Positions 17,240-33,629 of a stretch of DNA of 64,000 nt are shown piece by piece. Each line of letters starts with the position of its first letter. Position 1 is the first letter of the stretch. Both the position numbers and the translations under genes were made by a program. The stretch comes from the human T2T-CHM13v2.0 reference genome, Homo sapiens, in NCBI RefSeq assembly GCF_009914755.1, contig NC_060927.1. The stretch is one strand, 5' to 3'. Below the pieces are notes generated by a model that ran no database searches, was not told the origin of the DNA, and was given only the letters and a program-made list of their open reading frames with translations.

Positions 17240-17830
17240 GTCCAGTGGGAAGTGAAAGGGTTGTGGTAAGCATGGGCTGTGCGTGGAGCTGGCGTGCTAC
17301 CCTCTGCATCATCCATGGAAATGCCCGACTCAGATCTCCTGCTGCAAGAACATAGTTGACCTTCGGCCTCAGCAGCTGCCCCACTGGATCCACTACCAAG
17401 TTCATGCTGAGGCCACGCTTCTCCTGGGCTACTCCCACTCGATGATTGATTGCGGCAGGGGTATTAGTGAAGGCCAAAGGAGGATTCCTCTAACAGGCAG
17501 CTTTGGCTCAAGGATTCCCCAGTGGCATGGCCAAAACTTTCTTAGAACTGTGCCACAGTCTAAAACTCTTCTTAACAACTCTTCTATCCTTTCCCCTTAG
17601 CTTTCCCAGGTTACAGACCTGCATCGTGGTCTGAAGTCTTCACCTCTGCCCACACACACAAAGTCCAGCTCCTGCTTTTTTCCCTTTATTGGTGTTCTCT
17701 CAATAAAGCTTTTGTACACCAAAAGCTTTGATGTAAATGAAAAGGAAGTCCCAGAATGGGGTTGTGTTTCAGTTCATTTTGTAAGTCCCATTGTGGTATT
17801 TGCTTCTCAGAGGACCTGAACTGAAACACA
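17240..17830 (+). mobile_element. ERVL LTR (LTR16-like)
   Basis: AATAAA at 17702; end TGCTTCTCAGAGGACCTGAACTGAAACA typical of LTR16. Confidence 0.6.
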
Positions 17831-18038
17831 ACCCCATTCTAGGACTTCCTTTTTCATCCTCAGACTATAGCTACAGGTCACAGTTATTAGTAATATCAAG
17901 ACATCTAAATTCTTTTCATTCTTTTGGGTTTTGGGTTTTGAAGAACGTTTCATCTCCTAGAGCCATCTATTAAAATGCAGCTAACCCTAGGTAGAGATAA
18001 CAACAAGCTAAAGCATTTCACTGTTAAGAAAATAAGAA

Positions 18039-19083
<1,045 letters not shown>

Positions 19084-20347
19084 CCACTATCCCTCAATCA
19101 ATTCTCTTCAATAACCTAAAACAAACTGAGACCAATCAGCTTCTCTTCTGAAATAATTGAGAATCGGGATTATAGGGGAACTAGTCAGTCTTTACGTGTG
19201 GCTGGACCTGTAACAACCCAACAGAGTAGACCATTTCATAAGTCAACCAGGAGAAGAGAAACCACTTCAACTATTTACAACAGTTGAAATCTAATACAGG
19301 GAATGAGTTAACAGGTGATGGAAGAGCCATTCCTGCTACCTGGAACACAGATAGAGTGGTGACTCAGTTTCCAATGTGCAGAGCAGCAAATATGCAATGG
19401 GGGAGATTTTCCAGAGATGAGCAACAGCGGGAGGGAACTCAACTACCCCTCAGCTGACAAGACACAGGAAGAGATCATGTTAATGGGGCCCCAGGGCTGA
19501 GGTCATCCTGTGGTACATACAGAGTGGTGTTATGCAGAGAGAACTACTTAGGGCATCTTTCTTCAGGACATGACTGTATGCATAGCAGAGACCTGCAAGG
19601 GGCACCTCCTCTGCTTACCCTCCCACCAACAACCACAAAGAGTAGGAGAGAGTCTGTTTCCTAAAGAAGGGTCATGGCTATTTGGCAGAGTAGGGAGAGA
19701 TACTTGGCAGACAAAACAATATTTGTTCACTCCATTCCTTGTGTTAGTTACCCAGCACATATATATATCATTCTTCTCATCCATAATTTCAAAACTCTTT
19801 CACCTAATAAACTAACCTTGTAAGTAAAGAGTGTGAGGTGCTCAACCAATTGATCGGTGATATTAGGGAGTGGCTGTAAAGTCATTTTAAATCTCATCCT
19901 AGTCATAGAAAATGAAAGTGAAATTATTCTTCAGAAAGTCTGCCCTCAAAATGCTAAAACCAGAAATTGATTTGTATGTGGTGTCTGCATACCTGTGTAT
20001 ACCTCCTCCTCCTTTCCAAATCTATTTTTCTCTTCTTCCCTACACTTCCATACACAAGTTTCGTGCCCTACACTGCCTCTCCTTCTCTATTCTTGCTACC
20101 GGGAACACAGATATAGTAATGACTCAGGTTCCAATGTGCAGAGCCCAGCAGAGCAACCAGATTGCAGGAAACTGCAACCCTGTATTGCTTGGTAAAGTAC
20201 TGCCTATCCAACCCAGACTGCCTCACTACACATTTAAATTAGAGAGAAATAAACTTCTACCTTATTTAAGCCACTGAATTTTTTCTGTCTTGCTTTAAAG
20301 CTGCATACTCTACCTAATACAATATATAAGGTATTATATACCTACAC

Positions 20348-20385
<38 letters not shown>

Positions 20386-20659
20386 GGTATTGTATTCTGT
20401 TAACTAAGTTGATAGGCAGAGAATCTCATGAAAGCCTATCTAGATCAATTTAAAAATCATAAATAAATTAATTCATTTGCCCTTAAAGGATATGATGTCA
20501 ACATTTATGGATACCTGAGAAATGTCAAATGCGTTGATATTACAAGGCTCATGTTTGCACCATTATGCTTTTGATTAACACCAGTGCAACTGTGCTCAAA
20601 GTTGTAAAGATCATGGTGTAGTCAGAAACATTAGGAGGGAATATAAACTAAGAAGTTAA

Positions 20660-20890
20660 GTGCATAGACTCAGGGGTAGAATTGTCCAAGTTCATATCCT
20701 AGCTCCCTTACTTGTTAATGACGTAACCTAAAGTGAATTAATTAAGTTACTTAACCTCTGTGGCTCCAGTTTCATCTGTAAGATAGGGATAATAATAGTC
20801 CCTAACTTGTTATGTTGTTGTGAGCATTAAGAGCATTAAATGAGATAATCTCCTGTTAGGTATTTAGCACAAAGTAACCATTCAATTTAT
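20660..20890 (+). mobile_element. MIR
   Basis: AAGTTACTTAACCTCTGTG...TTTCATCTGTAA...ATAATAGT core. Confidence 0.8.
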
Positions 20891-21543
20891 ATATCTATCA
20901 AAGTAACCATTCAATTTATGTATCTATATATAAAATAATTATGTATGTATAGTGCAATAATAATTATAATAAATTATTGATAAATTATTTGTTAATAATT
21001 CTTACTAATAACAATTAATAAGTATTATCTCTGAGTCTTCATCAGAAAAAGCAGTATGCAGGAAGAGCAGCTTATTCTACATATAACGATAATTATTGAA
21101 ATTCAATGCTTGCACATACAAAATAGCAAATTCTGGACTTTACTTTGGATATTAAAAAGACAAAGGTATTTTTGCTATACTGCCCAAATGTCTCCAATGA
21201 TATGCCCACTAGTATGCCTAAATAGCACAGCAGTAAAACTAATGTCTTAACTTTTGTTCTGAAAGCACCTTATTTCAAAACATTATCCTTCCTCATTGGT
21301 GGGAGATTATCAGTGTTGATTTTCAACAGTTTTGTGAAAGGATAATGGAGTCGTGATCACAATTAAGTAGGTAAATTCATTTCCTTGAATCATATGTTCT
21401 CTGTGATAGCATTTATTTCCATTGGATTACTTATTCTTGGTCTGGTATGCACAGGTGTTTCCCTAATAAACATTTTTCAACATGATTTTATAGTGTTTCT
21501 TATGCCAGATGAGACTCCTACATTTTTTCCAGGTACAGGCTTA

Positions 21544-21960
<417 letters not shown>

Positions 21961-22097
21961 TTAAATGTCTGACATTCCATAGACTATGAGCCCCTCAAGG
22001 GCAAGCAGTATTTCTTGTCTCTGAATCCTCAGTGTTTTAAGAAGTGTGTTGCATTTGGTAGGTATTCAATAAATGTTTGAAATGAATAAGAGTAAAT

Positions 22098-22400
<303 letters not shown>

Positions 22401-22429
22401 TCATATTATGGAAATACAGTTGCTTGTTC

Positions 22430-22985
22430 AAGTTGCTATAGTTGAACACATCATTTATATATTGTAGCTGCTTAAAACAACATGCATTTAAAAAACTCAC
22501 AGTTTCTGTAGGTCAAGAGTCTGCACATGGCTTAACCAGGTTCTTTGCTTTAGGATCTCCCCATGTGTTTGCAATCAAGTTGCTGCTGAGGCTGCAGTCT
22601 ATCTCATGTGTTCACTGGGGAAAATATCTGCTTCCAGGCTCACATGATTCTTGGCAGAATTCAGTTCCTTGCCAGTTGTAGGATTGAGGACCTCAGTTTC
22701 TTGCTGGCTGTCAGATGGAGGCTGCCCTCAGTTTCTTGCCATGTGGGCCTCACCACATAGCAGCTTGCTTAATCAAAACCAGCAAGAGAAAGCGAGTTTC
22801 CTAACAAGGCAGACGTTACATCTTACATACTATAATCACAGAAGTGACATCTCACTTACCATACAATATACTATTTGTTAGAAGGAAGACACAGGTCCCT
22901 TCCACCCTCAAGGGAGGGTATTATATGAGGATGTGTACCAGGAGGCAGAAATAATTAAAGGCTATCCTAAAGTCTGTCTACTGTA
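22430..22985 (-). mobile_element. MLT1 LTR
   Basis: GCTTAAAACAACA...CTCACAGTTTCTGTAGGTCA, TTGGCAGAATTCAGTTCCTTGC. Confidence 0.75.
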
Positions 22986-23439
22986 GACATGAGTACACAT
23001 AAATAAGATATGAATATGTGGTCCACTCAAATGAAGAAACTTGGTTAGGGTCACATGCTAATTCATGAGAATGCTCAAATGCTTGCTCACATGTGTTAGG
23101 GCTTCACAACATGATATAAGAGGAAGAGAGTCTATTCATCAAAGTACTTACAATCTGAATGGCTAAGTCACAACTCATCCACAGAAATAGTTAAAACTCT
23201 GAATCTCCAGCCAGTTTTGTTAGGCTGAATGCCCACCTTGAAATCCTTTAAAAAGATGACTGAAATAAGAGCATTAAAGATATGTAACATCTCTCTGCTA
23301 ACCTGGAGAATTTACAGCAAAAATGTCTCAATTGGTCCTTGGCATGTTCCACTTGATTCCGTCCATTTGAATAGATAGCCAAAAGCACTAAACATGCACA
23401 CAGGAAGACAAATGCATGAGAACCAACAATGGGAAAGAT

Positions 23440-23950
23440 ATTAACTAGCTATTGTTGCAACAATGCTGCAAAACAACCCCAATATCTCAATGACTTGCAA
23501 AAACAAACATTTATCTTTCTTGCTTAAGGATTACAGGTTGGCTGTGTTTCATATGATCTCACTTGAGCCTGACTGGGCCAAAGTGGGCTAGGCTGGACTC
23601 CAGGCTTTGGGTTGGGTTCAGGTCTGTTCCACAAGTATTCTTCATTCTGGGACTAGAAGCTACACAGGGCATGTTCATGTTCTGCTCATGGCAAATGAGT
23701 GAAGTACAAAGGGGCAAGCAGAAACATTCTAGGTCTCTTAAGGCTTTGGCTCAAAATTGACACACTATCACTTCTGCCCACATTCTGTTGTCTTAAGCAA
23801 GTCACATGGCCAAACCGAATATCAATATGATGTGGTAATATATCTGCTTACTTTAGAGGGAAGCAATGCAAAGTCCCATGACAGAGGACATGGTGAATAA
23901 AATTCCACTGTAGGGAGAGATTGAAGAATGTGGAAAAATGAACAAAGCCA
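23440..23950 (-). mobile_element. MLT1 LTR (old J/K type)
   Basis: AACAACCCCAA...CACTTCTGCCCACATTC...AAGCAAGTCACATGGCC. Confidence 0.7.
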
Positions 23951-24649
23951 AGCAAGCACATGTAGCCAGCTGTGCTAGTTGATCAAGCTTGTCAAGTTGC
24001 CTGTGTCACCACAATGAGATCCCTGACTGCCACTTTGAAAGAACAAGCCACAATATCATGTAACTGACAACTCAAGCCATACACTGGTACAGCTTCATGC
24101 TACCTTGGTATGCAATCCTCTATAAAATACAAAATCTACTTTATAGTAATATAAGTAAGGTAAAGATTTTATAAGCACAGGGCCTTAAATAGTATCATTC
24201 CCATGGCAAATATAACATAGCCTTTTGTGCCCATATACTGCAAAGACAGAAGTCCTAACTATAAACTGTAACGGGAAATCTTGCATACTCAGGTATGAGG
24301 GTGGTGAAAGGGTTACGAGTTCAGTTAGAAAAAAATTACTTTGGAAAAGTTATCTTGTGGACAAAGCCTCAAGTTTAACATATAGCATAATACAACTGAA
24401 TATTAATTAGTAACTGGAAAAAGTAATTTTGTTTCATTTTAAAAGGCTACAGTGTTGTAATCCAAATAAAAAGAAACACATTTACGTACTTTCTTAGATA
24501 TAATATGGACAATGCTAATATTTTATTCCTGTGTTTGTGTTTCAACTTTCAATAGTTTTCTTTAACTGATGGTTGTTTGTTGGGATCTATTTCCTCACAA
24601 ATGAGTTTGCCTCATGAGCCTGACAAACTGATATTTTTTCTGTTTACTT

Positions 24650-24964
24650 GTTTTTTTTTGTTTTTTTTTTTTTTTTTTTTTTGAGATGGTGTCTCACTCT
24701 GTTGCTCAGGCTGGAGTGCAGTGGCACGATCTTGGCTCACTGCAACCTCCACCTCCTGGGTTCAGCCATTCTCCTGCCTCAGCCTCTTGAGTAGCTGGGA
24801 TTACAGGTGTGCACTACCATGCCCGACTAATTTTTGTGTGTTTTTAGTAGATACGGGGTTTCACCGTGTTGGCCAGGCTGGTCTCGAACTCCCCACCTTA
24901 AATGATCTGCCTTCCTCAGCCTCCTAAAGTGCTGGGATTACAGGTGTTAGTCACCACACCTGGA
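24650..24964 (-). mobile_element. AluS
   Basis: Reverse Alu; TSD TTTTCTGTTTACTT. Confidence 0.95.
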
Positions 24965-26249
24965 CTTTTCTGTTTACTTTTTAACTCATCAAACCCTCTT
25001 ATGATCATCTGTTTTCAGCTTAATAATTGTTTACCTGTTCAATTAAAATGGATTAATGAGGAATAATTTGCAGCTTAACATTTAATATTGCTATTTGAAG
25101 GACATTAGCTATTAGGCTATCTTCAATTTATTAATTAAATCTATTTTACACATAAAAATACCAGAAGTTGAAACAGTGTTCTATCAAAAATATTTAAAGG
25201 ACATAATGCTATTCCTTCAAATACAATGCCATTTTTTCCAAATACTGTAGTGTCATGATAAGTGTCGTATATTTAGCCAACTCTCCCTGATATCCAATTA
25301 TCAATTCATTTATGTATGCCTTAAGACATGAACAGATGCATTTCTGAAAAATTAGAGTTTAATTCCATGTATCAGACTATTCATTTAACTTTCATATCTT
25401 ATGTTAATATATTGGAGATATAGTCCTAGGGCAAAAGCCTCTAAAAGTATGTCTACAATCTGGGTTCACAAAGGGGCTGTCTAGAGATGTCTGATAGGCC
25501 ACCTTCCAATGTCCCATTAAAATGCCACAAAGAGAGAGAAAATGAGAAAAATTGGCTTATGGTGCTGTGGACTTAAAATGAGAGAAAGCAAGTTGCTAAA
25601 GTCCAGGTGAAATTTCAACTAGCTGATTTATTGATGATGATGGATGGAAAACATATCCCTAAACTACCTTCTATGAGTTTCTCCCTCCCAAACAATACAA
25701 TACAGAGGATGTCAACAACACAGGAAAATATTTGGCACAACTTCATTGTCTGCATTTAACTCCAGTGTGCGGGTACTTTACTGGCCATAAAACAAACATC
25801 AATAAGCCGGTAAGAACTACAGTTCTATCATTCACCTTCACTTTCTTGCATCCAATCTCATTAGCATCAATCTCCCTGTGCATTCAGAGGCAACTCCCAG
25901 CATGCAACACAGCAGAAAGAGGAGTAAGTGAACAGACAAGTTCAATCTTGGGATTCTTAGTAATCTAATGAAAAGTGCTATAAATAGGATAGAAACAAAA
26001 AGGGAATGAGGAAAACTGCCTGCTGGGTAAATAGATTTTGGTCATATGCTACACTCTTCATAAAAGAATTTCAAATTGCTTAGTAAGAGAAACCAGGGGA
26101 AAAATGCAACATCAGATCAGTAGACATATAATAATACCTTAGAGCACCATTTCTGAATGGAGAATCTGCGGTTTTAGAGGGGAAGTGGTTTTCTTTCTTG
26201 TTGGGACAGGTGACTTTACTGGCCCAGAGGCACTCAATTCAGGTAGTAG

Positions 26250-27455
26250 CTCTTGTGTTCCAGTTATTAATGTTGTATAACAAACCACCCCAAACTTAGT
26301 GGAGTGTAGAACAACAATCCTTTTGTCAGGAATTAGACAGGACACATTAAGGATGACTTGTCTCTTTACCTCATCTGGTCCTCAGCTAGGAAAACTCAAA
26401 GGCTGGAGAAGTCAACTATTAGGGGTTGGAATCATCCAAATGCACCTTCAGTCACATATCTGGCATATGGTCTGGAAGAACTCAAAGACTGGCACTACCT
26501 ATTAGAGCACCTCCAGGAGGCCTCTTCACGTGGCTTCACTTGATCACAGCATGGTAGCCTTAGGGTGATCAGATTTATACATGGCAGCCCAGGGCTCTGA
26601 GTATGTGTGTTCCAAGGAAAAGGGTGAAAGCTTCATGGTCTTTTCTGGCCTTAACCTTGGAAATCATGCAACATTACTTCCACTGCATTCTATTGGTTAC
26701 AAGTTAGTTTAAGCACACCCTGATTTGAGGTTGAGGCAGATACACTTTTCAATGGGAAGAATGTCAAGGGCAATATTGGGCCATCTTTAAAAATGAAAAT
26801 CTGCCATAATCTGTCACTGAGACAATCTGTATTCATTTCCTATGGCTGCCATAATAATTTACTACAAAGTTAACCACTTCCACAATGTAAGTTATTATCT
26901 TATTATTAAGTGGTCAAACATTTAACACCCATTTCACCAGGCTAAAATCAGCACGTGGGCAGGCTGTGTTCCTTTCTGGAGGCTCTACGGGAGAATCTGT
27001 TTCCTTCTCATTTGGGTTATTGGCAGAATTCTGTTCCTTGAAGTTGTGAAACCAAGGTCTTCATTTTCTTGCTGGCTGTCAGGTGAAGGCAATTCCCCGT
27101 TTCTAGACCCTACCCTCCCTACCACCTTGACTTGTGGGGATCCTCCTCTCTCTCCAAAGTCAGCAACAGCAGTTCAAATGCTGCTCATGTAACATTCCTC
27201 TGACCCGTCTTCTATGATCACATCTTTCTCTGACCACAGCCTGGAAAGCTGGAAGGCTCTCTACTTTGAAGAATTTGTGATTAGATTGGGTCCTCCTGGA
27301 TAATGCTGGATAGTCTCTCCATTTCAAGGTTCATAACCTTAATCATATCTGTAAAATTTCTTTTGCCATTGAAAGTAACATTCATATGCTCCAAGGATTC
27401 GAGAATGGTCATCTCTGTGGAGATAGGGGGCATTATTCTGCCTGCCAGTACCATA
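26250..27455 (-). mobile_element. Two adjacent MLT1 LTRs (~26250-26810, ~26828-27455)
   Basis: ACCACCCCAAACTTAGTGG; TGTATTCATTTCCTATGGCTGCC...GGGGGCATTATTCTGCC. Confidence 0.75.
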
Positions 27456-28081
27456 CAACCTAAGCTACATACCCACATTTCGAAATCCTCCTTTTGGGAA
27501 TGGTACCATCCCTGGTTAATATGCACTGTATTAGAGACTCTGCACACCAACTTGTACTTCAGGTTTAGGTCTGATCTGAGAATTGTCGACACTTAATGCA
27601 CTCTGTGTACTGGCAAACACTGGGCTCAAACAATAGTACTCTCCAAATTCCAAAATGGATAGACAGAAAAAATTCTACTTAGGGGTCTAAGAAAAAATAC
27701 TGTAGCATATGGGAACAGAAACACTACCTTTTAATATTCAAAAGAAGATTATGGCTCTGGAAAAAAATCATGTCTAATAAACACATTAGAATGTTACAAT
27801 CTATCTGCTTGAAATCCCCAAAATATGCCCAAGGACATGGCTTCTTTGTGAAGAGAACAGAAATGACAAGGCTGACATAAAGATAGCTATGAAAAGAAAC
27901 TGATTGAAATGAGAAAAAGAATGTAAGAAAGCCCCAAATACGAAGCCAAATTAAAATCTACATAGAAGGGAAGAAGAGAATAAAAGAGCAAAATTGATGC
28001 TGCAAAATAATAAACCAATTATGTGGAGGGCAAACTTGAGAAAGTCTCCTAGAATACATTGTAATGAATTTAAGAATTTTC

Positions 28082-28377
28082 TTTGTTTGTTTTTGGAGAC
28101 AGAGTCTCACTCTGTCACCCCGGCTGGAGGGCAGTGGTGCCATCATAGCTCACTGTAACATTGAACTCCTGGGCTCATCTGATCCTCCTGCCTCAGCCTC
28201 TCAGGTAGCTAGGCCAACAGGCATGCCACCATGCCTGGCTAAACTTTATACTTTACTTTTTGTAGACAGTGTCTCATTATGTTGCCCTGGTTGGTCTCAA
28301 ACTCCTAGCCTCAAGTGATCCTCTCACCTTGGCTTCCCAAAGCATTGAGATTACACGTGTGAGCCACCAGGCCCAGG
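28082..28377 (-). mobile_element. AluJ
   Basis: Reverse Alu with J diagnostics. Confidence 0.92.
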
Positions 28378-28899
28378 CAAATTTAACAATGTTTTGATTG
28401 CAAGTTAACAGGAACACTATTCAGTCTATTCAGTGAATCTTCCTTGGGCCTAAGACTGTTCAAGTGGGGTCTGCCACTTGCAACCAAAAGAGTTCTGGTA
28501 GTTTGAATAATATAACAATTAAGGCTGATTTAATAAATATAACATTAGATTTTGTGCATCACAAATAAAAGTTGTGCATTTTCAAGTGTCCATGAAATAA
28601 TGTTCCACTTAACATTTTTTCCTTTTTATAAGAGGCAGATGAAATTAACTGACTCTGATGATTTTCATTTGAGCTTTACATACATGCTTGTGCATTTTTA
28701 TATAAATGTATTATACTTTAGTACCCCTAAAGCCCACAGAAAACAAAAAGGAAAACAATCCAACCAGAAAAACTGGCACAAGACAGAAGTATGGAATTGA
28801 TAAAGATAAAAACAGAGGTAAATCAAAACAAATGAAAGAATTGATAGATTCATGAGGTACCTTGAACAGAGATTAAATATAATTAAATGAATCTTAGTT

Positions 28900-30939
28900 T
28901 TGAAAAAGTGGATGTAAGAGACATTAGATGGAAATGTTTTATATATCTGGAAACTTATCCAAATAACTTTATGAAGCTAACATAACTTTGATACAAAACT
29001 TTAAAAATGCAAAACACAAAATTACTTACGTAATAGGATCAAAATTCATGATGTTAATACAGTGAATTAATCAGTTACATAAAAATAACAATCTGTTATG
29101 ATTTAGTTATATTTAGACTTGTAATGCAAAGGTGTTTTAATATTAGGAAATCATATATACACATCATCAGGACAAACCAAAAAATTCATTATCATCTCAG
29201 TATAGGCTGAAAAAGTTATTTAATAAAGTGAACATTTATTCCTGATACAAACTCAGTGAACCAAGAATAAAATTATATTTCCTTAATAACTATCTTAAAC
29301 AATAGTCTAAATCTTTCTTTTTTCCTTTTTTTGTCAGACAGAGTTTCTCTCTGTTGCCCAGGCTGGAGTGCAGTGGCGAAATCTTGGCTCACTGCAACCT
29401 CCACCCCCCAGGTTCAAGCATTTCTCGTGCCTGACCCTCCTGAGTAGCTGGGATTACAGATGTGCACCACCACACCAGACTAATTTTTGTATTTTTTTTT
29501 TTTTCAGTAGAGACAGGGTTTCACAGTGTTGGCCAGGCCTGTCTCAAACTCCTGGTCTCATGTGATCTGCCTGCCTTCGCCTCCCAAAGTGCAAGTATTA
29601 CAAGCGGGAGCCACCACGCCCAGCCTAAATCATTCTTAATAATAAAATACTATAGTACTATTTCCCAAAATGTCATTGAACATTTTTGTTCATTTTAGGA
29701 ATATTGGCTAAATTTGGTGGTGGTCAGTGCAAAGTCAGGGTGAGGAAGAGAGACTAAGTTAGGTTTTCGTCGCATAGAACACCAAGGTGTAATCCACCAA
29801 ATACACCTTTAGGTGGATTAAAAAATTAAAGCAAAAATAGAAATGTTAAAAGATCAGAAGAATTAATCAATTAATTAATCTGTCCTGGGGAAGGACATTC
29901 TCAGCATAAAGACAGCTTAAGAAATCACATATTAATAGATTCAATTTCATTAAAATTTAAATCTTCTGTAAGTTATAAAGCATTTTTATAAAAATAAGGT
30001 TAAATGGAAATTCAGAAAAGTATTTCCAACAAAATAACAAAAGGTTTATTTACTTAATCAACAAAGAACTCTCACAAACGACTAAGAGAAATATGAATGC
30101 TCCAGTAGGAAAAACAAGAAAAAGGAATGCAATGACTCATAGAAGAAATACAAAAGGACATTAAGCTTATGAAAATGCAAATTAAAACAAAACAAAAATA
30201 CCATTCTTTTGGTCTCACGAATATGCGAAGACTAATAAAAGATAATACTGGTAAACATGTGTTGGACAAGCACTCTAACTATAAATTAGTTGCAAATTCC
30301 CAGTAACTTGGGGATACATATATTGAGCGACTTACATAAATTCACACTATTGGACCCAATAATTCTACCTCCAGTTATCTATCCAAAAGAATTAATTGGT
30401 GACATTTTGGTATCCCTTATCTAACAATCCATATCATCCATATCAAATGTTCTCATTCAAAGATTATCCAGCATTGTAGTTTATGATTTTAAAAACTCTA
30501 GTCCTTATGCCTATGGCACTTTTGAGTTTTTTATGCCATGATATTGCAGCAGTTTTGAGAGATGATTTTATGGAAAATTGGGATAGTCTCCACAATCACA
30601 ACTAAATAAAGAAGAAACAAGTAACCTGAAAAAAACAAAAAAGTTCTTTGGCAATACAGATAAAGATTTTGTAGAAAGGTGTTCATCAGAGGCTTATAAA
30701 TAGATAAAGCATTGGAAATAATGTAAACATTAAAAAATAGGGAAATGATTAGTTAGTTATGACATATCCGTAAAATGGAATATCATATAGAAATTAAAAA
30801 GAATTTTAATAATTTGAGAACACACTAACAATATAATATGTTATTGTAAATGGTAACAGAATAAAAAATTATATGCAATATAATCCCAATTTGAAATATC
30901 ATATACAGATAGATATACATGCATACTTACTGCACAACA

Positions 30940-30973
<34 letters not shown>

Positions 30974-31450
30974 TGAGATGGAGTCTTGCTCTGTTGCCCA
31001 GGCTGGAGTGCAGTGGCATGATCTAGGCTCACTGCAACCTCCGCCTTCTGGTTCCAGCAATTTTCCTGCCTCAGCCTCCCAAGTAGCTGAAACTACAGGT
31101 GGGCGCCACCATGCCTGGCTAATTTTTTGTACTTTTAGTAGAGACAGGGTTTCCCCATGCTGGCTAGGCTGGTCTCAAACTCCTGACCTCTTGATCCACC
31201 TGCCTCGGCCTCCCAAAGTGCTGGGATTACAGGTGTGAGCCACCGCACCTGGTCACAACATTTTTATATTTATGTAAATTTATATAATGTAGCAGAAAAA
31301 CTTGGAAAAAAGCACCAAAATCTTAACAGTGGGTAACTCTTGGTTGATGGCTTAGGGACAATTTTGTTGTTCTTCTTTATTCTTTTTTTATAGTTTCCAA
31401 ATTTTCTACAGTGAATATATATGAATGTAGTTAACACTACTAAATTGCAC
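28900..31450 (+). mobile_element. Old L1M fragments interrupted by minus Alus (29314-29626, 30956-31254)
   Basis: Degenerate ORF2/3'UTR motifs (AAAATGCAAATTAAAAC, GACCCAATAATTCTAC). Confidence 0.65.
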
Positions 31451-31929
31451 ATATAAAGAAGGTTAGGATGATAACTTTTATATTATATCTGTTTTACCAA
31501 ACTTTAAAAAAAGATTACAACAGAAAGAGAGATAAACAGGACAGAAAGGAAGAATAGAAAGCTCTATTAAGCCCAGGCAAGGTGGTATTGCACCACTAGC
31601 AGAACCTTAGAACTGGGCCACTGGGAACTCACCTCTGATTACTGCGAGTCTTCATTTGCTAAATTTGTTCCCTGCTTTATTAATTCTGTGAGATGAAAAC
31701 TCTGCATATCAAGTTGTCACCAATTAATGGATACTTGAATAACATGTAGCATACCCACAAAGAAATAAGCTTTCTTGAAGCCATATTCTTTTAGGGACTC
31801 TTAATTTGGAGATCAGCACTGTGAGGAAGTGGTTCGTGAATGGTTTTGGGAGGTTCTTCATTCTCCTGAAAAATTCTGTCTGTAACTAAACATGTGTATC
31901 TTTATAGGAATAACGCACTTTGCTATTAA

Positions 31930-32242
<313 letters not shown>

Positions 32243-32546
32243 CAACAGATTTTCAAAGGGGACCGGAGATTGAGAACCACTGTCAGGAAGAATGTTTTTC
32301 ACATGGTTTAGTCTACTTAATTTCACTGAAATTTACAGCTGGTGCTCACAGAATTCAAATATCTCCCTTACAATATCTAAAAAGGTTCTCTACCTCAAGG
32401 TTTTATGGGCATAATAGATTATTTCAGAGGGATTGATCCTTCACTGTTGGAAGTTCAGAATATATATACATATTTATATATTATATATGTTATATATAAA
32501 TAGTTTATATATATATAAAAAAATAACTATCTTTCTCTCTCTCCCC

Positions 32547-32718
32547 CAGGAGTTGGAGACCAGCCTGGCCAATATGGTGGTGTGCTCCTGCAATCTTGGC
32601 TACTTGGGAGGCTGAAACAGGAAAATTCCTTGAACCTGGGAAGCGGAGGTTGCAGTGAGCTGAGATCACACCATTGCCCTCTAGCCTGGGTGTTGCAGCG
32701 AGACTCTGTCTCAAAATG

Positions 32719-32751
<33 letters not shown>
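32547..32751 (+). mobile_element. Truncated, internally deleted Alu with (CA)n tail
   Basis: Alu fragment followed by CA repeat. Confidence 0.85.
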
Positions 32752-32832
32752 GCAAAAAAATGGAGGCTTGCATTTGGTGCTCCCATATCTTCTTATTTGG
32801 GTAAGGTCACTTGAAGCTCAATTGGGCTACAC

Positions 32833-33010
32833 CAGTGCTTCTCAAACTTTAATCTCAAATTGTAATGTGGGTAAGAATTACCTGGGGTCCTTGTTATAAT
32901 GAAGATCCTGGTTCATTGTGTCTGGCGCAAGGCTTGAGACAGCATTTCTAATGAGTTCCCAGGTAAAGCTGATGCTGCTGGTCCATAGAGCACACTTTGA
33001 GTAGCAAGGT
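32833..33010. mobile_element. MER5-family DNA transposon
   Basis: CAGTGCTTCTCAAACTTT...GATGCTGCTGGTCC...CACACTTTGAGTAGCAAG. Confidence 0.8.
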
Positions 33011-33629
33011 ACGAGACAACGATGCTTCAGTTCTTCTTTTTAATTGGATCCTTCTCTATTTGCCGGTCAGCTGCCTGTGTGTTATTTCCCTTTCTTTACA
33101 GTTTTGCACAAACCTTGATGAGGTGAATGGTATTTTATTTCCTTCCCATTGAAAGGGCAAGTGACTTCCTGACTGGGGCTCAAGCTGACAAGGAAGGTTT
33201 CCCTCCATCCCAAACAGGCAGATATGTGAACATTATGAACCTTAGGCATCAGACCAGTAAGCACCCACATTGACACCAGTAAACATACCATTTGCTATGG
33301 TAGTTTGAGTGGGTATCCCTGATTCTGTGTACCATATTATGCAGGCAACACGCATATGTCTATATATGCATACATACCCCTTGTAATGTAATACATTTTC
33401 ACATTGTAGGGATTCTTTACAATTGTTGAAACTGAGTAATGTTTCACAGCATTACATCTGTGCTTATGTTTAGCACTACTTTCATTGATGTTATTTGTTT
33501 ACAAGTCTTTTGTACTACTTTGTAAGCATGTTGAGGGAAAGGACTATTATGCCTAACTCAGGCTTGCATCATCTCAGAGCCTGCTAGGCACACGGTGAAT
33601 GTTTTTGGAAATGGACAGTAGTAGTATGA

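Noticed and set aside
20869-20928. 29-bp tandem duplication at the MIR end
   Set aside because: Ordinary slippage duplication
25200-25660. Apparent upstream extension of a coding frame
   Set aside because: Stop density is similar to random AT-rich sequence
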